64,000 nucleotides of DNA from Octopus sinensis. Lineage: Eukaryota. Below, one piece after another: positions 34,613-50,000 of this stretch. Each line of letters opens with the position of its first letter. The first letter of the stretch is position 1. The notes beneath the pieces were generated by a model. That model was given only the letters and a program-made list of their open reading frames with translations. It was not told the origin of the DNA and searched no databases. The stretch covers positions 27,263 through 91,262 of the forward strand of contig NW_021832847.1 in the NCBI RefSeq assembly GCF_006345805.1. The letters are read 5' to 3'. A program made the translations under genes and the position numbers.

Positions 34613-36260
34613 CTAGCAGTATCGCCCGGCGTTGCTCGGGTTGTAAGGGAAATAACTATATAAGCATTTTAGAGAGTTATAGCCAAAAAATAGCAAAAAA
34701 TGCATTAAAAATTGAAAAAAAATTAAGGTAGATTTTTTTTAAATCGTTGACACATCGTAGATATTTTTAGAGAGTTACTTCCCTTATATAAAAGCGAAAA
34801 AAGGCATTAAAATGGAAAAATATGATGGTAATTTTTTTTTAAATCGTAGACTCATCGTAGACGCGCGCTAATACCCAGAAGGGCTCGATATGAATCACGA
34901 CTATAAGATACCCGCTTTTGGTTAAACTGCACCGCAAAATGTGGGAGTAGTACGAATCTAAATCGTAGGAGACAGACACACAACTTCACTCTTATATAAA
35001 GATGCTTTTTTTTTCAGTCATAGAGTTAGATTTATGAAGGTCTTCAGTAGAAAATCCTTCGAATTCTGACTCGCTGCTTGATATAATGAAATTCGTATCC
35101 ATTTTTTGTCAGAATTACAAATTTTGAAAACACAATAGGAACAAATTTCGGAAAAAGATCTCCATAATTCACGGAATTAAAATTACACTTCGATTTTTGT
35201 ACAAAACTGTATTTGAAGTGTTTACGAAGTATAATACGTGTTTTCACGAATGTACTAAAGAGATTTACTCTGATATTCTCATTTAAATATGAATAGGTAA
35301 ATTCGGGCGGTTGGTAACGAAAGGGTTAAACGGATGCATACATTTATTAATAACTATATATAAGTGTCGTCTGTTTATACATAAACACTGTTTCATACTG
35401 CAATTATATATACATATAGCTATATATAATATTATATAATAAAATATATACAGAGTAAAATAAAAACCAATTTACCTTTTCTGTATTGTTATAGCAATTC
35501 GACCGTCCGTGTGTCTTTGCAAATGTGTTGGAATGATAAGTGAGTTGTGTTTTGGCGCCTTTTTTACTAATAACAAACACACACGTGTTTGTGTATGTAG
35601 TGTGTTTGAAACGTTTGTGTTTGTCACTGTCATATATGTATGTGTATGCGTGTGTGTGTGAGGAATGACACACACACACTCACGCACGCACACATGTACA
35701 TCAATGCTTTCGGAGTGTAATGTTAAAATATTGAGTTTTCTCGAATTTTGTCTTAATTGGTGGTAAAATGAAAGAAAATTTTTTATGGCATCACCACTGG
35801 AAGTACTCAAAAATCATGGGTACACTCTAATTGAAGAAATTGTGTGGGGAGTAAATCGTTATGTATTTATTTGTTTCTGATTGCTGTTTTTTTTTTTTAG
35901 TAGTGGTTTAAGGTACACTTCTCTCGTTTTATCGAATTAGTTTCACTTTAATCGCTGCAAACTTGCAAAGAGAAAGTCGTAGAAATGAGTGATAGCGTGA
36001 GTGAATGAGATCGCTCCCTTTTTGTGTGTGTGTGTGTGCGAGTGCTGTAGCCCACATTAAGAGAAGCATTTGACTCATACACCACAATGTGAGTTTTCTC
36101 TAAATTTTGCTTATTGGGTTGAAATTTTAAAAACTGGACCTGGCAGACCCGATGCATTCTACTCTTAAAAATGCTAGGTAAATTGTAATTGAAGAAATCC
36201 TATATTGTAAATTTCTATAAGTGACAAAGGAGGCAGATAAAATTTGCCTTTTATAAAAGA
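34613..36260 (-). mobile_element. Helitron H2 (type B, non-autonomous, composite)
   Basis: 3' end CTAGCAGTATCGCCCGGCGTTGCTCGGG on the plus strand; 5' TC at 36260; internal second 5' end near 35002. Confidence 0.82.
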
Positions 36261-37383
36261 CTAGCAGTATCGCCCGGCGTTGCTCGGGTTGTAAGGGAAA
36301 TAACTATATAAGCATTTTTAGAGAGTTATAGCCAAAAAGTAGCAAAAAAATGCATTAAAATTGAAAAAAAATTAAGGTAAATTTTTCTTTAAATCGTTGA
36401 CACATCGTAGATATTTTTAGAGAGTTACTTCCCTTATATAAAGCGAAAAATGCATTAAAATGGAAAAATATGATGGTAATTTTTTTTTAAATCGTAGACT
36501 CATCGTAGACGCGCGCTAATACCCAGAAGGGCTCGTTTGTTATTCTGGGTAACTTTCTGTAAAATTATTAAAATTTTGTTCAACATCGCTATAGAAAATG
36601 GGTTATTAGCTAATATTCAATTGGGTATACACAAAATTTTACGATAGAATTTTTTATTCTGGGTAACTTTCTGTAAAATTATTAAAATTTTGTTCAAACA
36701 TCGCTATAGAAAATGGGTTTTAGCTAATATTCAATTGGTTATACAACAAAATTTTACAATAGAATTTGTTATTCTGGGTAACTTTCTGATACCCATAATA
36801 ATATTTATGGCAAAATAGGCCTTAATTTCATTTAAGATTGTGGGAATAACAAACTATCCTTTCTTTCGGTTTGTTTACGTTTAGCGTAATGATTTCAAAT
36901 AGGCTCATTCGAAAAAGTAAATAGAAATAGTCTAAGCTTTACTCTTCTGGAAAGTCTGTGGCTTGGTCCAGTTTCTTCAGAAAACTCACCGAAAGAAACA
37001 GTTTTTAAATTTTCACTCCATTCAGGTACCAATTCGTTTTCTTTATCGCTGTCGGATTCACTGTTTTCACTTTATAGCTGCAAACTTGCAAAGACAAAGG
37101 AGGAGAAGGGTGATAGCGTCAGTGAAACAATTCGCTCCCTTTGTGTGTGTGTGCGTTTGCGTGTGGTGTAAACAGACTAAGAAAAGCATTTGACACACAC
37201 ACCAGAATGTGAGTTTTCTGTAAATTTTGCTTAATGGAGTTTAAATTTTAAAAACTGGACCTGGCATGACGCGATGCATTGTACTCTTAAAATTGCTAGG
37301 TAATTGTAATTGAGAAATCCTATATTGTAGATTTGTATAACTCCCAAAGGGAGGCAGATAAAATCTGCCTTTATAATAAGAGA
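36261..37383 (-). mobile_element. Helitron H3 (type B)
   Basis: Abuts H2 and H4 with no spacer; near-identical to H5. Confidence 0.85.
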
Positions 37384-39633
37384 CTAGCAGAATTGCCCGG
37401 CGTTGCTCGGGGCTGAATTGCTTGAAAGTACTGTTAATGATTGCACTGAATTATGATGATTATTCAGGCAAATATTGATATAAGCTTACGGTGGGAGATA
37501 AGGACTTAACGATCAAACGTGTGCCATTGCATTGTTTTGGGGGAACCAAATTTCTGATGAGCATTATAGGGGCACCAACTTTAAGTTTGAGAAAGTGTGG
37601 TGGTAGTTCGGGGTGCTCAAAGGAATTGAGTACCTCTATTGGATAGTTGATGACGTCCTCTGGGTCAGGAGTTGTATCGATAGACTGATATACATAGACT
37701 TTCCCAGGAATAGATTTTAGCATTTCATCATTAATATGGTGAACAGTTTTTATTCCTCGGGGCCAGTATAGCCTTTTTGCCAATCCAATCCATATTCTGA
37801 TAATTAGCTTGTAGATCTGGGAACACTGCATCTCTGAGATCAGAAGGCGTCTAACAATGGTACAAATGGAATCGATGGCAATATTACCATTTTCATCCCC
37901 TGGTATTTTGCCTTCGCCAAGTGCAAGGAGGGTGTGAGGAAATGCTGCTGATGTATATTACGTCGCATATGAGCACGCATATTGGTGTGAAGTTTGAGAG
38001 TTACTTCCGTTTATTTTAAAATATGCATTAAAATGGAAAAAAATGATGGTAAATTATTTGTAAAATCATAGACTCATCGTAGACGCGCGCTAATACCCAG
38101 AAGGGCTCGATATGAATCACGACTATAAGGTACCCGGTTTTGGTTAAACTGCATCGCAAAATGTGGGAGTAGTTAGGAATCTAAATCGGAGTAGACAGAC
38201 ACACAACCTTTCTTTTATTATAAATATTTTCGTCCTAAAAAACTTTGTATGGATTGAATGGTTACCTCTATGGAAATATACACGCACATTATACATACAT
38301 GTGTGTATAGATGAATATATAAATACATTTAAATATCTATATACACTTTTGGGCGATCTTTGTTTCTTAGAGATAACTTTAGATCTTATTTTCGTCCTAA
38401 AAAACTTTGTATGGAGTGAATGGTTACCTCTATGGAAATATATACACACACGTTATACATACATGTGTGCATAGATGAATATATAAATACATTTATATAT
38501 CTACATACACTTTTGGGCGATCTCTGTGCTACTTAGAGATAACTTTAGATCTTATTTTCGTCCTAAAAAACTTTGTGCGGAGTGAATGGTTACGTGTATG
38601 GAAATATATACACACACATTATACATACATCTGTGTATAGATGAATATATAAATACATTTAAATATCTATATACACTTTTGGGCGATCTTTCTGCTACTT
38701 GGATATAGGGGTGATGTTTCGCTTGTCGTAGCACACGTTTCCGTCGATTTGCGTAAAAAATGTAAACACTGAATCGGCCATACATACATACATACACACA
38801 CACATACATACACACACACACACATACATGCATACATACATATACACATAAACCGAGTAAAAATTTCAGTTATCTCTCTCTTTCACACATTACTCTCTCT
38901 GTCTCTTCACACACACTAACAGAAGCACTTCACTTACACAGCATACGGTCTGTCTCCCACACTCCATCAAACACACACACACACACACATGTACATCAAT
39001 GCGTCCCATGCACGGTAACTTCAAAAGAACTTCCCTCGTCATACAATCGCTTTCTCTTAGTCTCTTTCGCTCTCATTACTTATGTAAAAAATAAAAGTTT
39101 TTTACGGAAATCGACGGAAACCTGTGCTACGACAAGCGAAACATCGCCGATATAGGTCTTATATTCGTCCTAAAAAACTTTCCTGTCACCCTCACGCACA
39201 CGCACACAACACACACCACACACACAACACACACACGCACCCTCACACACACGCACACACACACTCACACACACGCAACCGCGCTTACAATTTTATTTAT
39301 ATATTTGCGTGTCTATGTGTGTAAAGAGGAAGTGGAAGACTGAAGAGTCACTCACTACCAAAGGTGAATTACTTTCATTTTTTTCTTTGCACACTTTGTG
39401 TGTGCGTGTGCGTGTGGTGTAAACCACATTAAGAAAAGCATTTGACATACACACCAGAATGTGAGTTTTCTGTAATTTGCTTAATTGGAGTTTAAATTTT
39501 AAAAAGTGGACCTGGCAAAAACCGATGCATTCTACTCTTAAAAATGCTAAGTAAATTGTAATTGAAGAAATCCTATTGTAGATTTCTATAACTGACAAAG
39601 GGAGGCAGATAAAATCTGCCTTTTATAATAAGA
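37384..39633 (-). mobile_element. Helitron H4 (type A, helicase fragment 37460-37990, internal ~165-bp tandem repeats)
   Basis: Same termini and helicase fragment as H1 and H7. Confidence 0.88.
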
Positions 39634-40760
39634 CTAGCAGTATCGCCCGGCGTTGCTCGGGTTGTAAGGGAAATAACTATATAAGCATTTTTAGAGAGTT
39701 ATAGCCAAAAAATAGCAAAAAAATGCATTAAAAATTGAAAAAATTAAGGTAAATTTTTCTTTAAATCGTTGACACATCGTAGATATTTTTAGAGAGTTAC
39801 TTCCCTTATATAAAAGCGAAAAAATGCATTAAAATGGAAAAATATGATGGTAATTTTTTTTTAAATCGTAGACTCATCGTAGACGCGCGCTAATACCCAG
39901 AAGGGCTCGTTTGTTATTCTGGGTAACTTTCTGTAAAATATTAAAATTTTGTTCAAACATCGCTATAGAAAATGGGTTATTAGCTAATATTCAATTGGGT
40001 ATACACAAAATTTTACAATAGAATTTGTTATTTCTGGTAACTTTCTGTAAAATTATTAAAATTTTGTTCAAACAAATCGCTATAGAAAATGGGTTATTAG
40101 CTAATATTCAATTGGGTATACAACAAAATTTTACATGAATTTGTTATTCTGGGTAACTTTCTGATACCCATAATAATATTATGGCAAAATAGGCCTTAAT
40201 TTCATTTAAGGTGTGGGAAATACAAAACTATCCTTTCTTTCGGTTTGTTTACGTTTAGCGTAATGATTTCAAATAGGCTCATTCGAAAAGTAAATAGAAA
40301 TAGTCTAAGGCTTTACTCTTCTGGGAAAGTCTGTGGCTTGGTCCAGTTTCTTCACAAAACTCACCGAAAGAAACAGTTTTTAAATTTTCACTCCATTCAG
40401 GTACCAATTCGTTTTCTTTATCGCTGTCGGATTCACTGTTTTCACTTTAATAGCTGCAAACTTGCAAAGACAAAGGAGGAGAAGGTGATAGCGTCAGTGA
40501 AACAATTCGCTCCCTTTGTGTGTGTGTGCGTTTGCGTGTGGTGTAAACCAACTAAGAAAAGCATTTGACACACACACCAGAATGTGAGTTTTCTGTAAAT
40601 TTTGCTTAATTGGAGTTTAAATTTTAAAAACTGGACCTGGCATGACGCGATGCATTGTACTCTTAAAAATGCTAGGTAATTGTAATTGAAGAAATCCTAT
40701 ATTGTAGATTTGTATAACTCCCAAAGGGAGGCAGATAAAATCTGCCTTTTATAATAGAGA
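39634..40760 (-). mobile_element. Helitron H5 (type B)
   Basis: Termini as in H3; followed by (TA)n. Confidence 0.85.
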
Positions 40761-41850
40761 TATATATATATATACCGCTTGGATCGCTTTCAATGCCACT
40801 ACGTCCCGTCCGATTCGCTCCAAAATTTACAGGTCATGTAGAAATAGGTGACGAAGCTCGTGGGCTACCTTAGAAATCCCTATCTTAAAAGGGTGGGTTG
40901 CTAGGGGCCATCTTCCTCACTCACGCTATTTCCTCCAGTACCCTCTCACATCCCCTTAATATATAACTTTGATAGGTCCACTACCGTTATTTAAAGTATC
41001 TGTCACTCTCGCTATTTCCTCTCTTTTTCACTCATTTCACTCTCTGTGTCTTACCTTCCCATTACATCGCGTTCTTTTACGAATCTGTCTGTCACAACAA
41101 CACACGAGCATGAGAACAAATATTATGAATCAGATATTCTTGCGTTCATTTATATGTATTGTGTGTGTGTGTTCTATATATAAATATGTATATATAATGT
41201 ATGTGTTGTTCTATATATGAATATGTATATATAATGTATGTGTGTGTGTGTGTTCTATATATAAATATGTATATATAATGTGTGTGTGTGTGTGTGTGTG
41301 TTCTATATATAAATATGTATATATAATGTATATATACAAAGTGTATATATCTGTAGTTATGTATATTAAACTTTCTCATACTTTTTCATAGTTATATATA
41401 TATTTTTAAACAAATTATAAATATAATTTAATAATTTTTATTTTCAATTTAATTTAAATTTTTCAATTTTATATTTTCTATATTATATTTTTTTTTTATG
41501 TTTTGTTTTTGGTTTTTCACTGTTTGATTTGCCTAAAAATTCCATTTTTCACTTTTATGATTATACCCAGAGTGCTCTAATCGAATATGAACTGTCTTCC
41601 CATTGGCGGACGTTTGTCTTTTTTATTTTTGAAACGAACACATTGCCTCTTTCGTTTTAAAACAATAAAACAATACTACATTAATACATTGGTCCAACAA
41701 AAAAAACATCACCCACCCTCATTCTTTTATGTATCTGAGAATGTGTGTCTGTCTGTCAGTGTGTTTCCCTAAAACTTGAGAACTACACAACCAATTTCAT
41801 TCAAATTTTACACATGACTTACTTAGGGTATAAGGAGTGTGTTGAGCTGG

Positions 41851-42274
41851 GCTCTGGGCGCCATTGGGCTTACTGTCCACGGCTACGAGACCACAGCGAG
41901 CGCTATGGCGACCAGAGCTCGCTCTGGGCGCCATTGGGCTCACTGTCCACGGCTACGAGACCACAGCGAGCGCTATGGCGACCAGAGCTCGCTCTGGGCG
42001 CCATTGGGCTCACTGTCCACGACTACGAGACCACAGCGAGCGCTATGGCGACCAGAGCTCGCTCTGGGCGCCATTGGGCTCCTGTCCACGGCTACGAGAC
42101 CACGCGAGCGCTATGGCGACCAGAGCTCGCTCTGGGCGCCATTGGGCTCACTGTCCACGACTACGAGACCACAGTGAGCGCTATGGCGACCAGAGCTCGC
42201 TCTGGGCGCCATTGGGCTCACTGTCCACGGCTACGAGACCACAGTGAGCGCTATGGCGACCAAGCTCGCTCTGG
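41851..42274. repeat. GC-rich 70-bp tandem repeat, about 6 copies
   Basis: GCTCTGGGCG unit starts at 41851, 41921, 41991, 42061, 42129 and 42199. Confidence 0.92.
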
Positions 42275-42369
42275 TCGCACACAGCTTCACGAGGGAGGGA
42301 AGAAGGGGGAGAAGCAACACAGGTGCAGGCGTGACCATGGACGCCAACTCCGCCGCCATCGACACACGA

Positions 42370-42584
42370 AAAAATATGCGTTAAAATGGAAATAAATGAT
42401 GTTAAATTAATTTTAAAATCGTAGACTCATCGTAGACGCGCGCTAATACCCAGACGGGCTCGATATGAATCACGACTATAAGATACTCGAATTTGGTTAA
42501 ACTGCACCGCAAAATGTGGGAGTAGTTAGGAATCTAAATCGTAGGAGACAGACACTCACACAACTACAGTTTTATATATATAGA
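42370..42584 (-). mobile_element. Helitron 5'-part fragment
   Basis: Contains the shared GTAGACTCATCGTAGACGCGCGCTAATACCCAG block and ends TCTATATATATAAAAC on the minus strand. Confidence 0.7.
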
Positions 42585-42927
42585 TATGTATATATAATGT
42601 ATGTGTGTGTTCTATATATAAATATGTATATATAATGTATATATACAAAGTGTATATATCTTTATTTATGTATATTAAATTTTTCATACTTTTTCATAGT
42701 TGTATATATTTTTACACAAATTATAAATATAATTTAATAATTTTTATTTTCAATTTAAATAATTTAAATTTTTCAATTTTATATTTTATATATTTTCTAT
42801 ATTATATTTTTTTTATGTTTTTGTGTTTAGTTTTTCACTGTTTGATTTGCCTATTAGTGGTTTTATCTCTAATTTAATTTATACAGATATATATCTCATT
42901 TGTATACATTTGTATATATAATGCGTG

Positions 42928-42961
<34 letters not shown>

Positions 42962-43867
42962 CACATATATATATATATATATATATAATGTGTGCATTAC
43001 GTAGTCGGTAGATTCAGCTGAAAATATACATACCTATGTTAAAAGTGCTGGCAAGTTTGCATGACAACTATTTTTTTCCTCAAATGAAAGGTGTCACCTC
43101 TAGGACAAAATTCCTCATCTTATAAAATGTGGCCCCAGTAGACCCGAATGAAATCGGGTTATGTTAACCAAAATGTGAAAAGGGGTCTAAATGGGGCTGG
43201 AATGGATTAAAATTTAAAGGAGCGGGTGTTTAGGAATTCTCTGTTACATCAAGCTAAAATTTGCGCCGGCCTTTTATCGTCATGTGTTACCGTCCATGAT
43301 AAAGAGTCCATGATAAAGTCCATGGTGAGTCTACTGTCGTGAGAAAGAATCACTTCAAAACTTGGTGTTTACGAATTTTCTTTTACATCAAGTTCAAAAT
43401 TTTACGCCAGTCGTTAAACTGTCACTACGTTGCTGTCCGTCGTTAAGAAATGCCAGCCATGGTGACTCTACTATCCTCAGATTCTATCCCTTCAAACTTT
43501 GGTTTCCAATATTTTATTATTTTTCTTCAGCTCGCAAGTCCGTCTGTCCCTTTTAAATGTTAGCATTTTGCTGTCTGCCTTAAAGCAGACTTTTCCATTA
43601 TCACTGCCTCATATTTCTGATTGATCTTTCTGAATATTTTATTTCTCAACTTACTCAAGATCTTCTGTTGTTTACAAATGGGAGAGAGATAGATGGAGAT
43701 AGAGAGTAAGAGAAAGCGAGGAAGAGTCCGAAAGATAAGAAAACTAAGAGAGTGGGAAAGTGAGAGAGAAAGGAGAGAGAAACAAATACGGAGAATCATC
43801 ATCATCATCATCGTTACACGTCCGTTTTCCGTGCTAGCAAGGGTTGGACAGTGTATACATTGTATAC

Positions 43868-43919
<52 letters not shown>

Positions 43920-44029
43920 ATATATATATATATATAAATATAAAATATATAATTTTATACATTTATATAAAATATATCAAAATATATATATGTATATATA
44001 TATATCTATATATATAATAAATATATATA

Positions 44030-47000
44030 ATTGTATACATTTATATATATATATAAAATGTATATATATATGTATATATATATAAATATATATAATTTGT
44101 ATACATTATATATATATAATATATATAATTTGTATACATTTAATATATATACATATATATAATTTGTATACATTTATATACATATATATAATTTGTATAC
44201 ATTTATATACATATATATAATTTGTATGCATTTATATACATATATAAAATTTGTATACGTTTATATACATATATATAATTTCTATACATTTCAATACATA
44301 TATATAATTTGTATACGTTTACATACATATATATAATTTGTATAAGTTTATATACATATATATAATTTGTATACGTTTATATACATATATATAATTTGTA
44401 TACATTTATATACATATATATAATTTGTATATATTTATATACATATATATAATTTGTATACATATATATAATTTGTATATATTTGTATACATATATATAA
44501 TTTGTATATATTTGTATACACATATATAATTTGTATATATTTGTATACATATATATAATTTGTATACATATATATAATTTGTATATATTTGTATACATAT
44601 ATATAATTTGTATATATTTATGTAGATATATATAATTTCTATATATTTATATACATATATATAATTTGTATATATTTGTATACGTAAATATAATCTGTAT
44701 ATATTCGTATACGTATATATAATTTGTATACATTTATATACATATATATAATTTGTATACATTTATATACATATATATAATTTGTATACATTTATATACA
44801 TATATATAATTTGTAAACATTTATATACATATATATAAATTGTATACATTTATATACATATATATAATTTGTATACACTTATATACATATATATAATTTG
44901 TATACATATGTATAATTTGTATATATTTATATACATATATATAATGTGTATATATTTGTATACATATATATAATTTGTATATATTTGTGTACATATATAT
45001 AATTTGTATATATTTGTGTACATATATATAATTTGTATATATTTGTGTACATATATATAATTTGTATATATTTGTGTAAATATATATAATTTGTATATAT
45101 TTACGTACATGTATATAATTTCTGTATATTTATATACATATATTTAATTTGTATATATTTATATACATATATATAATTTGTATAGATTTATATACATATA
45201 TATAATTAGTATATATTTATATACATATATATAATTAGTATATATTTATATACATATATATAATTTGTATATATTCATATCCATATATATAATTTGTATA
45301 TATTCATATACATATATATAATTTGTATATATTCATATACATATATATAATTTGTATATGTTCATATACATATATATAATTTGTATATATTCATATACAT
45401 ATATATAAATTGTATATATTCATATACATATATATAATTTGTATATATTCATATACATATATATCATTTGTATATATTCATATACATGTATATAATTTGT
45501 ATATATTCCTATACATATATATAATTTGTATATATTCCTATACATATAAATAATTTGTATATATTCATATACATATATAAAATTTGTATATATTCATATA
45601 CATATATATAATTTGTATGTGTTCATATACATATATAAAATTTGTATATATTCATATACATGAATATAATTTGTATATATTCATATACATATATACAATT
45701 TGTATATATACATATACATATATATAATTTGTATATATTCATATACATATATATAATATGTATATATTTATATATATAATCTGTATATATTCAGATACAT
45801 AATTGGTATATATTCATATACATATATATAATCTGTATATGTATTCATATACATATATATAATTTGTATATATTCATATACATATATATAATTTGTATAT
45901 ATTCATATACATATATATAATTTGTATATATTCATATACATATATATAATTTGTATATATTCATATACATGATCGGTATATATTCATATACATATATATA
46001 ATCTGTATACGTATTCATATACATATATATAATTTGTATATATTCATATAAATATATATAATTTGTATATATTCATATAAATATATATAATTTGTATATA
46101 TTCATATACATATATATAATCTGTATATGTTCATATACATAATCGGTATATATTCATATACATATATATAATCTGTAATTGTATTCATATACATATATAT
46201 AATTTGTATATATTCATATACATATATATAATTTGTATATATTCATATACAAATATATAATTTGTATATATTTATATACATATATATAATTTGTATATAT
46301 TTATATATATGTGTATAAATATATACAAATTATATATATAATTATATATAATTTGTATACATTTATATACAAATATATAATTTGCATACGTTTATATACA
46401 AATATATAATTTGTATACGTTTATATACATATATATAATTTGCATACGTTTATATACATATATATAATTTGTATACGTTTCTATACATATATATAATTTG
46501 TATACGTTTATATACATATATATAATTTGTGTACGTTTATATACATATACATAATTTATATACATATATATAATTTGTATACATATATATAATCTATATA
46601 TGTTTGTATACGTATATATAATTTGTATATATTTGTATGCATATATATAATTTGTAATTATTTGTATGCATATATATAAATTGTATATATTTATATGCAT
46701 ATATATAATTTGTATATATTCATATACATATATATAATTTGTATATCTTCATATACAGATATATAATTTGTATATCTTCATATACAGATATATAATTTGT
46801 ATATATACATATACATATATGTAATTTGTATATATTCATATACATATATGTAATTTGTACATCTTCATATACATATATGTAATTTGTATATCTTCATATA
46901 CATATATATAATTTGTATGTATTCATATACATATAAATAATTTGTATATCTTCATATACATATATATAATTTGTATGTATTCATATACATATATATAATT

Positions 47001-50000
47001 TGTATATATACATATACATATATGTAATTTGTATATATTCATATACATATATGTAATTTGTATATCTTCATATACATATATGTAATTTGTATATCTTCAT
47101 ATACATATATGTAATTTGTATATATTCATATACATATATGTAATTTGTATATATTCATATACATATATATAATTTGTATATATTCATATACATATATATA
47201 ATTTGCATATAAACATATACATATATATAATTTGTATATATTCATATACATATATATACTTTGTATATATTCATATACATATATATAATTTGTATATATT
47301 CATATACATATATATAATTTATATATATTCATATACATATATATAATCTGTATATATTCATATACATATATATAATCTGTATATATTCATATACATATAT
47401 ATAATCTGTATATCTTCATATACATACATATAATCTCTATATATTCAAATATATAATCTGTATATATTCATATACATAATCGGTATATATTCATATACAT
47501 ATATATAATCTGTATATATATTCATATACATATATATAATTTGTATATATTCATATACATATATATAATTTGTATATATTCATATACATATATATAATTT
47601 GTATATATTCATATACATATATATAATTTGTATATATTCATATACATATATATAATTTGTATATATTCATATACAAATATATAATTTGTATATATTCATA
47701 CACATATATATAATTTGTATATATTTATATATATGTATATAAATATATACAAATTATATATATAATTATATATAATTTGTATACATTTATATACAAGTAT
47801 ATAATTTGTATACGTTTATATACAAATATATAATTTGTATATGTTTATATACATATATATAATTTTATACGTTTATATACAAATATATAATTTGTATACA
47901 TTTATATACATATATATAATTTGTATACGTTTATATACATACTAGCAGAATTGCCCGGCGTTGTTCGGGGCTGAATTGCTTGAAAGTACTGTTAATGATT
48001 GCACTGAATTATGATGATTATTCAGGCAAATATTGATATAAGCTTACGGTGGGTGATAAGGACTTAACGATCAAACGTGTGCCATTGCATTGTTTTGGGG
48101 GAACCAAATTTCTGATGAGCATTATAGGGGCACCAACTTTAAGTTTGAGAAAGTCTGGATGTAGTCCGGGGTGCTCAAAGGAATTGAGTGCCTCTATTGG
48201 ATAGTTGATGACGTCCTCTGGGTCAGGAGTTGTATCGATAGACTGACATACATAGACTTCCCTAGGAATGAGTTTTAGCATTTCATCATTAATATGGTGA
48301 ACAGTTTTATTCCTCAGGGCCAGTATAGCCTTTTTGCCAATCCAATCCATATTCTGATAATTAGCTTGTAGATCTGGGAACACTGCATCTCTGAGATCAG
48401 AAGGCGTCTTAACAATGGTACAAATGGAATCGATGGCAATATTACCATTTTCATCCCCTGGTATTTTGCCTTCGCCAAGTGCAAGGAGGGTGTGAGGAAA
48501 TGCTGCTGATGTGATATTACGTCGCATATGAGCACGCATATTGGTGTGAAGTTTGAGAGTTACTTCCGTTTATTTTAAAAATATGCATTAAAATGGAAAA
48601 AAATGATGGTAAATTATTTGTAAAATCATAGACTCATCGTAGACGCGCGCTAATACCCAGAAGGGCTCGATATGAATCACGACTATAAGATACCCGGTTT
48701 TAGTTAAACTGCATCGCAAAATGTGGGAGTAGTTAGGAATCTAAATCGGAGTAGACAGACACACAACCTTTCTTTTATATATAAATATTTTCGTCCTAAA
48801 AAACTTTGTATGGATTGAATGGTTACCTCTATGGAAATATATACACGCACATTATACATACATGTGTGTATAGATGAATATATAAATACATTTAAATATC
48901 TATATACACTTTTGGGCGATCTTTCTGTTTCTTAGAGATAACTTTAGATCTTATTTTCGTCCTAAAAAACTTTGTATGGAGTGAATGGTTACCTCTATGG
49001 AAATATATACACACACGTTATACATACATGTGTGCATAGATGAATATATAAATACATTTATATATCTATATACACTTTTGGGCGATCTCTGTGCTACTTA
49101 GAGATAACTTTAGATCTTATTTTATGTCCTAAACAACTTTGTGCGGAGAGAATGGTTACGTGTATGGAAATATATACACACACATTATACATACATCTGT
49201 GTATAGATGAATATATAAATACATTTAAATATCTATATACACTTTTGGGCGATCTTTCTGCTACTTCGATAAAGGGGCGATGTTTCGCTTGTCGTAGCAC
49301 ACGTTTCCGTCGATTTGCGTAAAAAATGTAAACACTGAATCGGCCATACATACATACATACACACACACATACATACACACACACACACACATACATGCA
49401 TACATACATATACACATAAACCGAGTAAAAAATTTCAGTTATCTCTCTCTTTCACACATTACTCTCTCTGTCTCTTCACACACACTAACAGAAGCACTTC
49501 ACTTACACAACATACTGTCTGTCTCCCACACTCCATCAAACACACACACACACACACACATGTACATCAATGCGTCCCATGCACGGTAACTTCAAAAGAA
49601 CTTCCCTCGTCATACAATCGCTTTCTCTTAGTCTCTTTCGCTCTCATTACTTATGTAAAAAATAAAAGTTTTTTACGGAAATCGACGGAAACCTGTGCTA
49701 CGACAAGCGAAACATCGCCGATATAGGTCTTATATTCGTCCTAAAAAACTTTCCTGTCACACACTCACGCACACGCACACACACACACACACACACAAAC
49801 ACACACACGCACCCTCACACACACGCACACACACACTCACACACACGCACGTTAGCTTACAATTTTATTTATATATTTGCGTGTCTATGTGTGTAAAGAG
49901 GAAGTGGAAGACTGAAAGAGTCACTCACTACAAAAGGTGAATTACTTTCATTTTATTCTTTGCACACTGTGTGTGTGCGTGTGCGTGTGGTGTAAACCAC

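Noticed and set aside
41745-42395. 216-aa ORF, and a possible CRISPR-like reading of the 70-bp array
   Set aside because: The units are contiguous near-identical repeats with no unique spacers and no cas genes; the ORF follows the repeat period.
43160-43700. Plus-strand GTGAGT (43325) and TTTTCTTCAG (43529) as an intron of a second gene
   Set aside because: No convincing flanking ORF or homology; could be a lncRNA but is unsupported by sequence alone.
32773-48539. Host PIF1 gene or autonomous Helitron
   Set aside because: Only ~170-aa truncated, partly frameshifted helicase pieces inside Helitron termini; no Rep/HUH domain seen.
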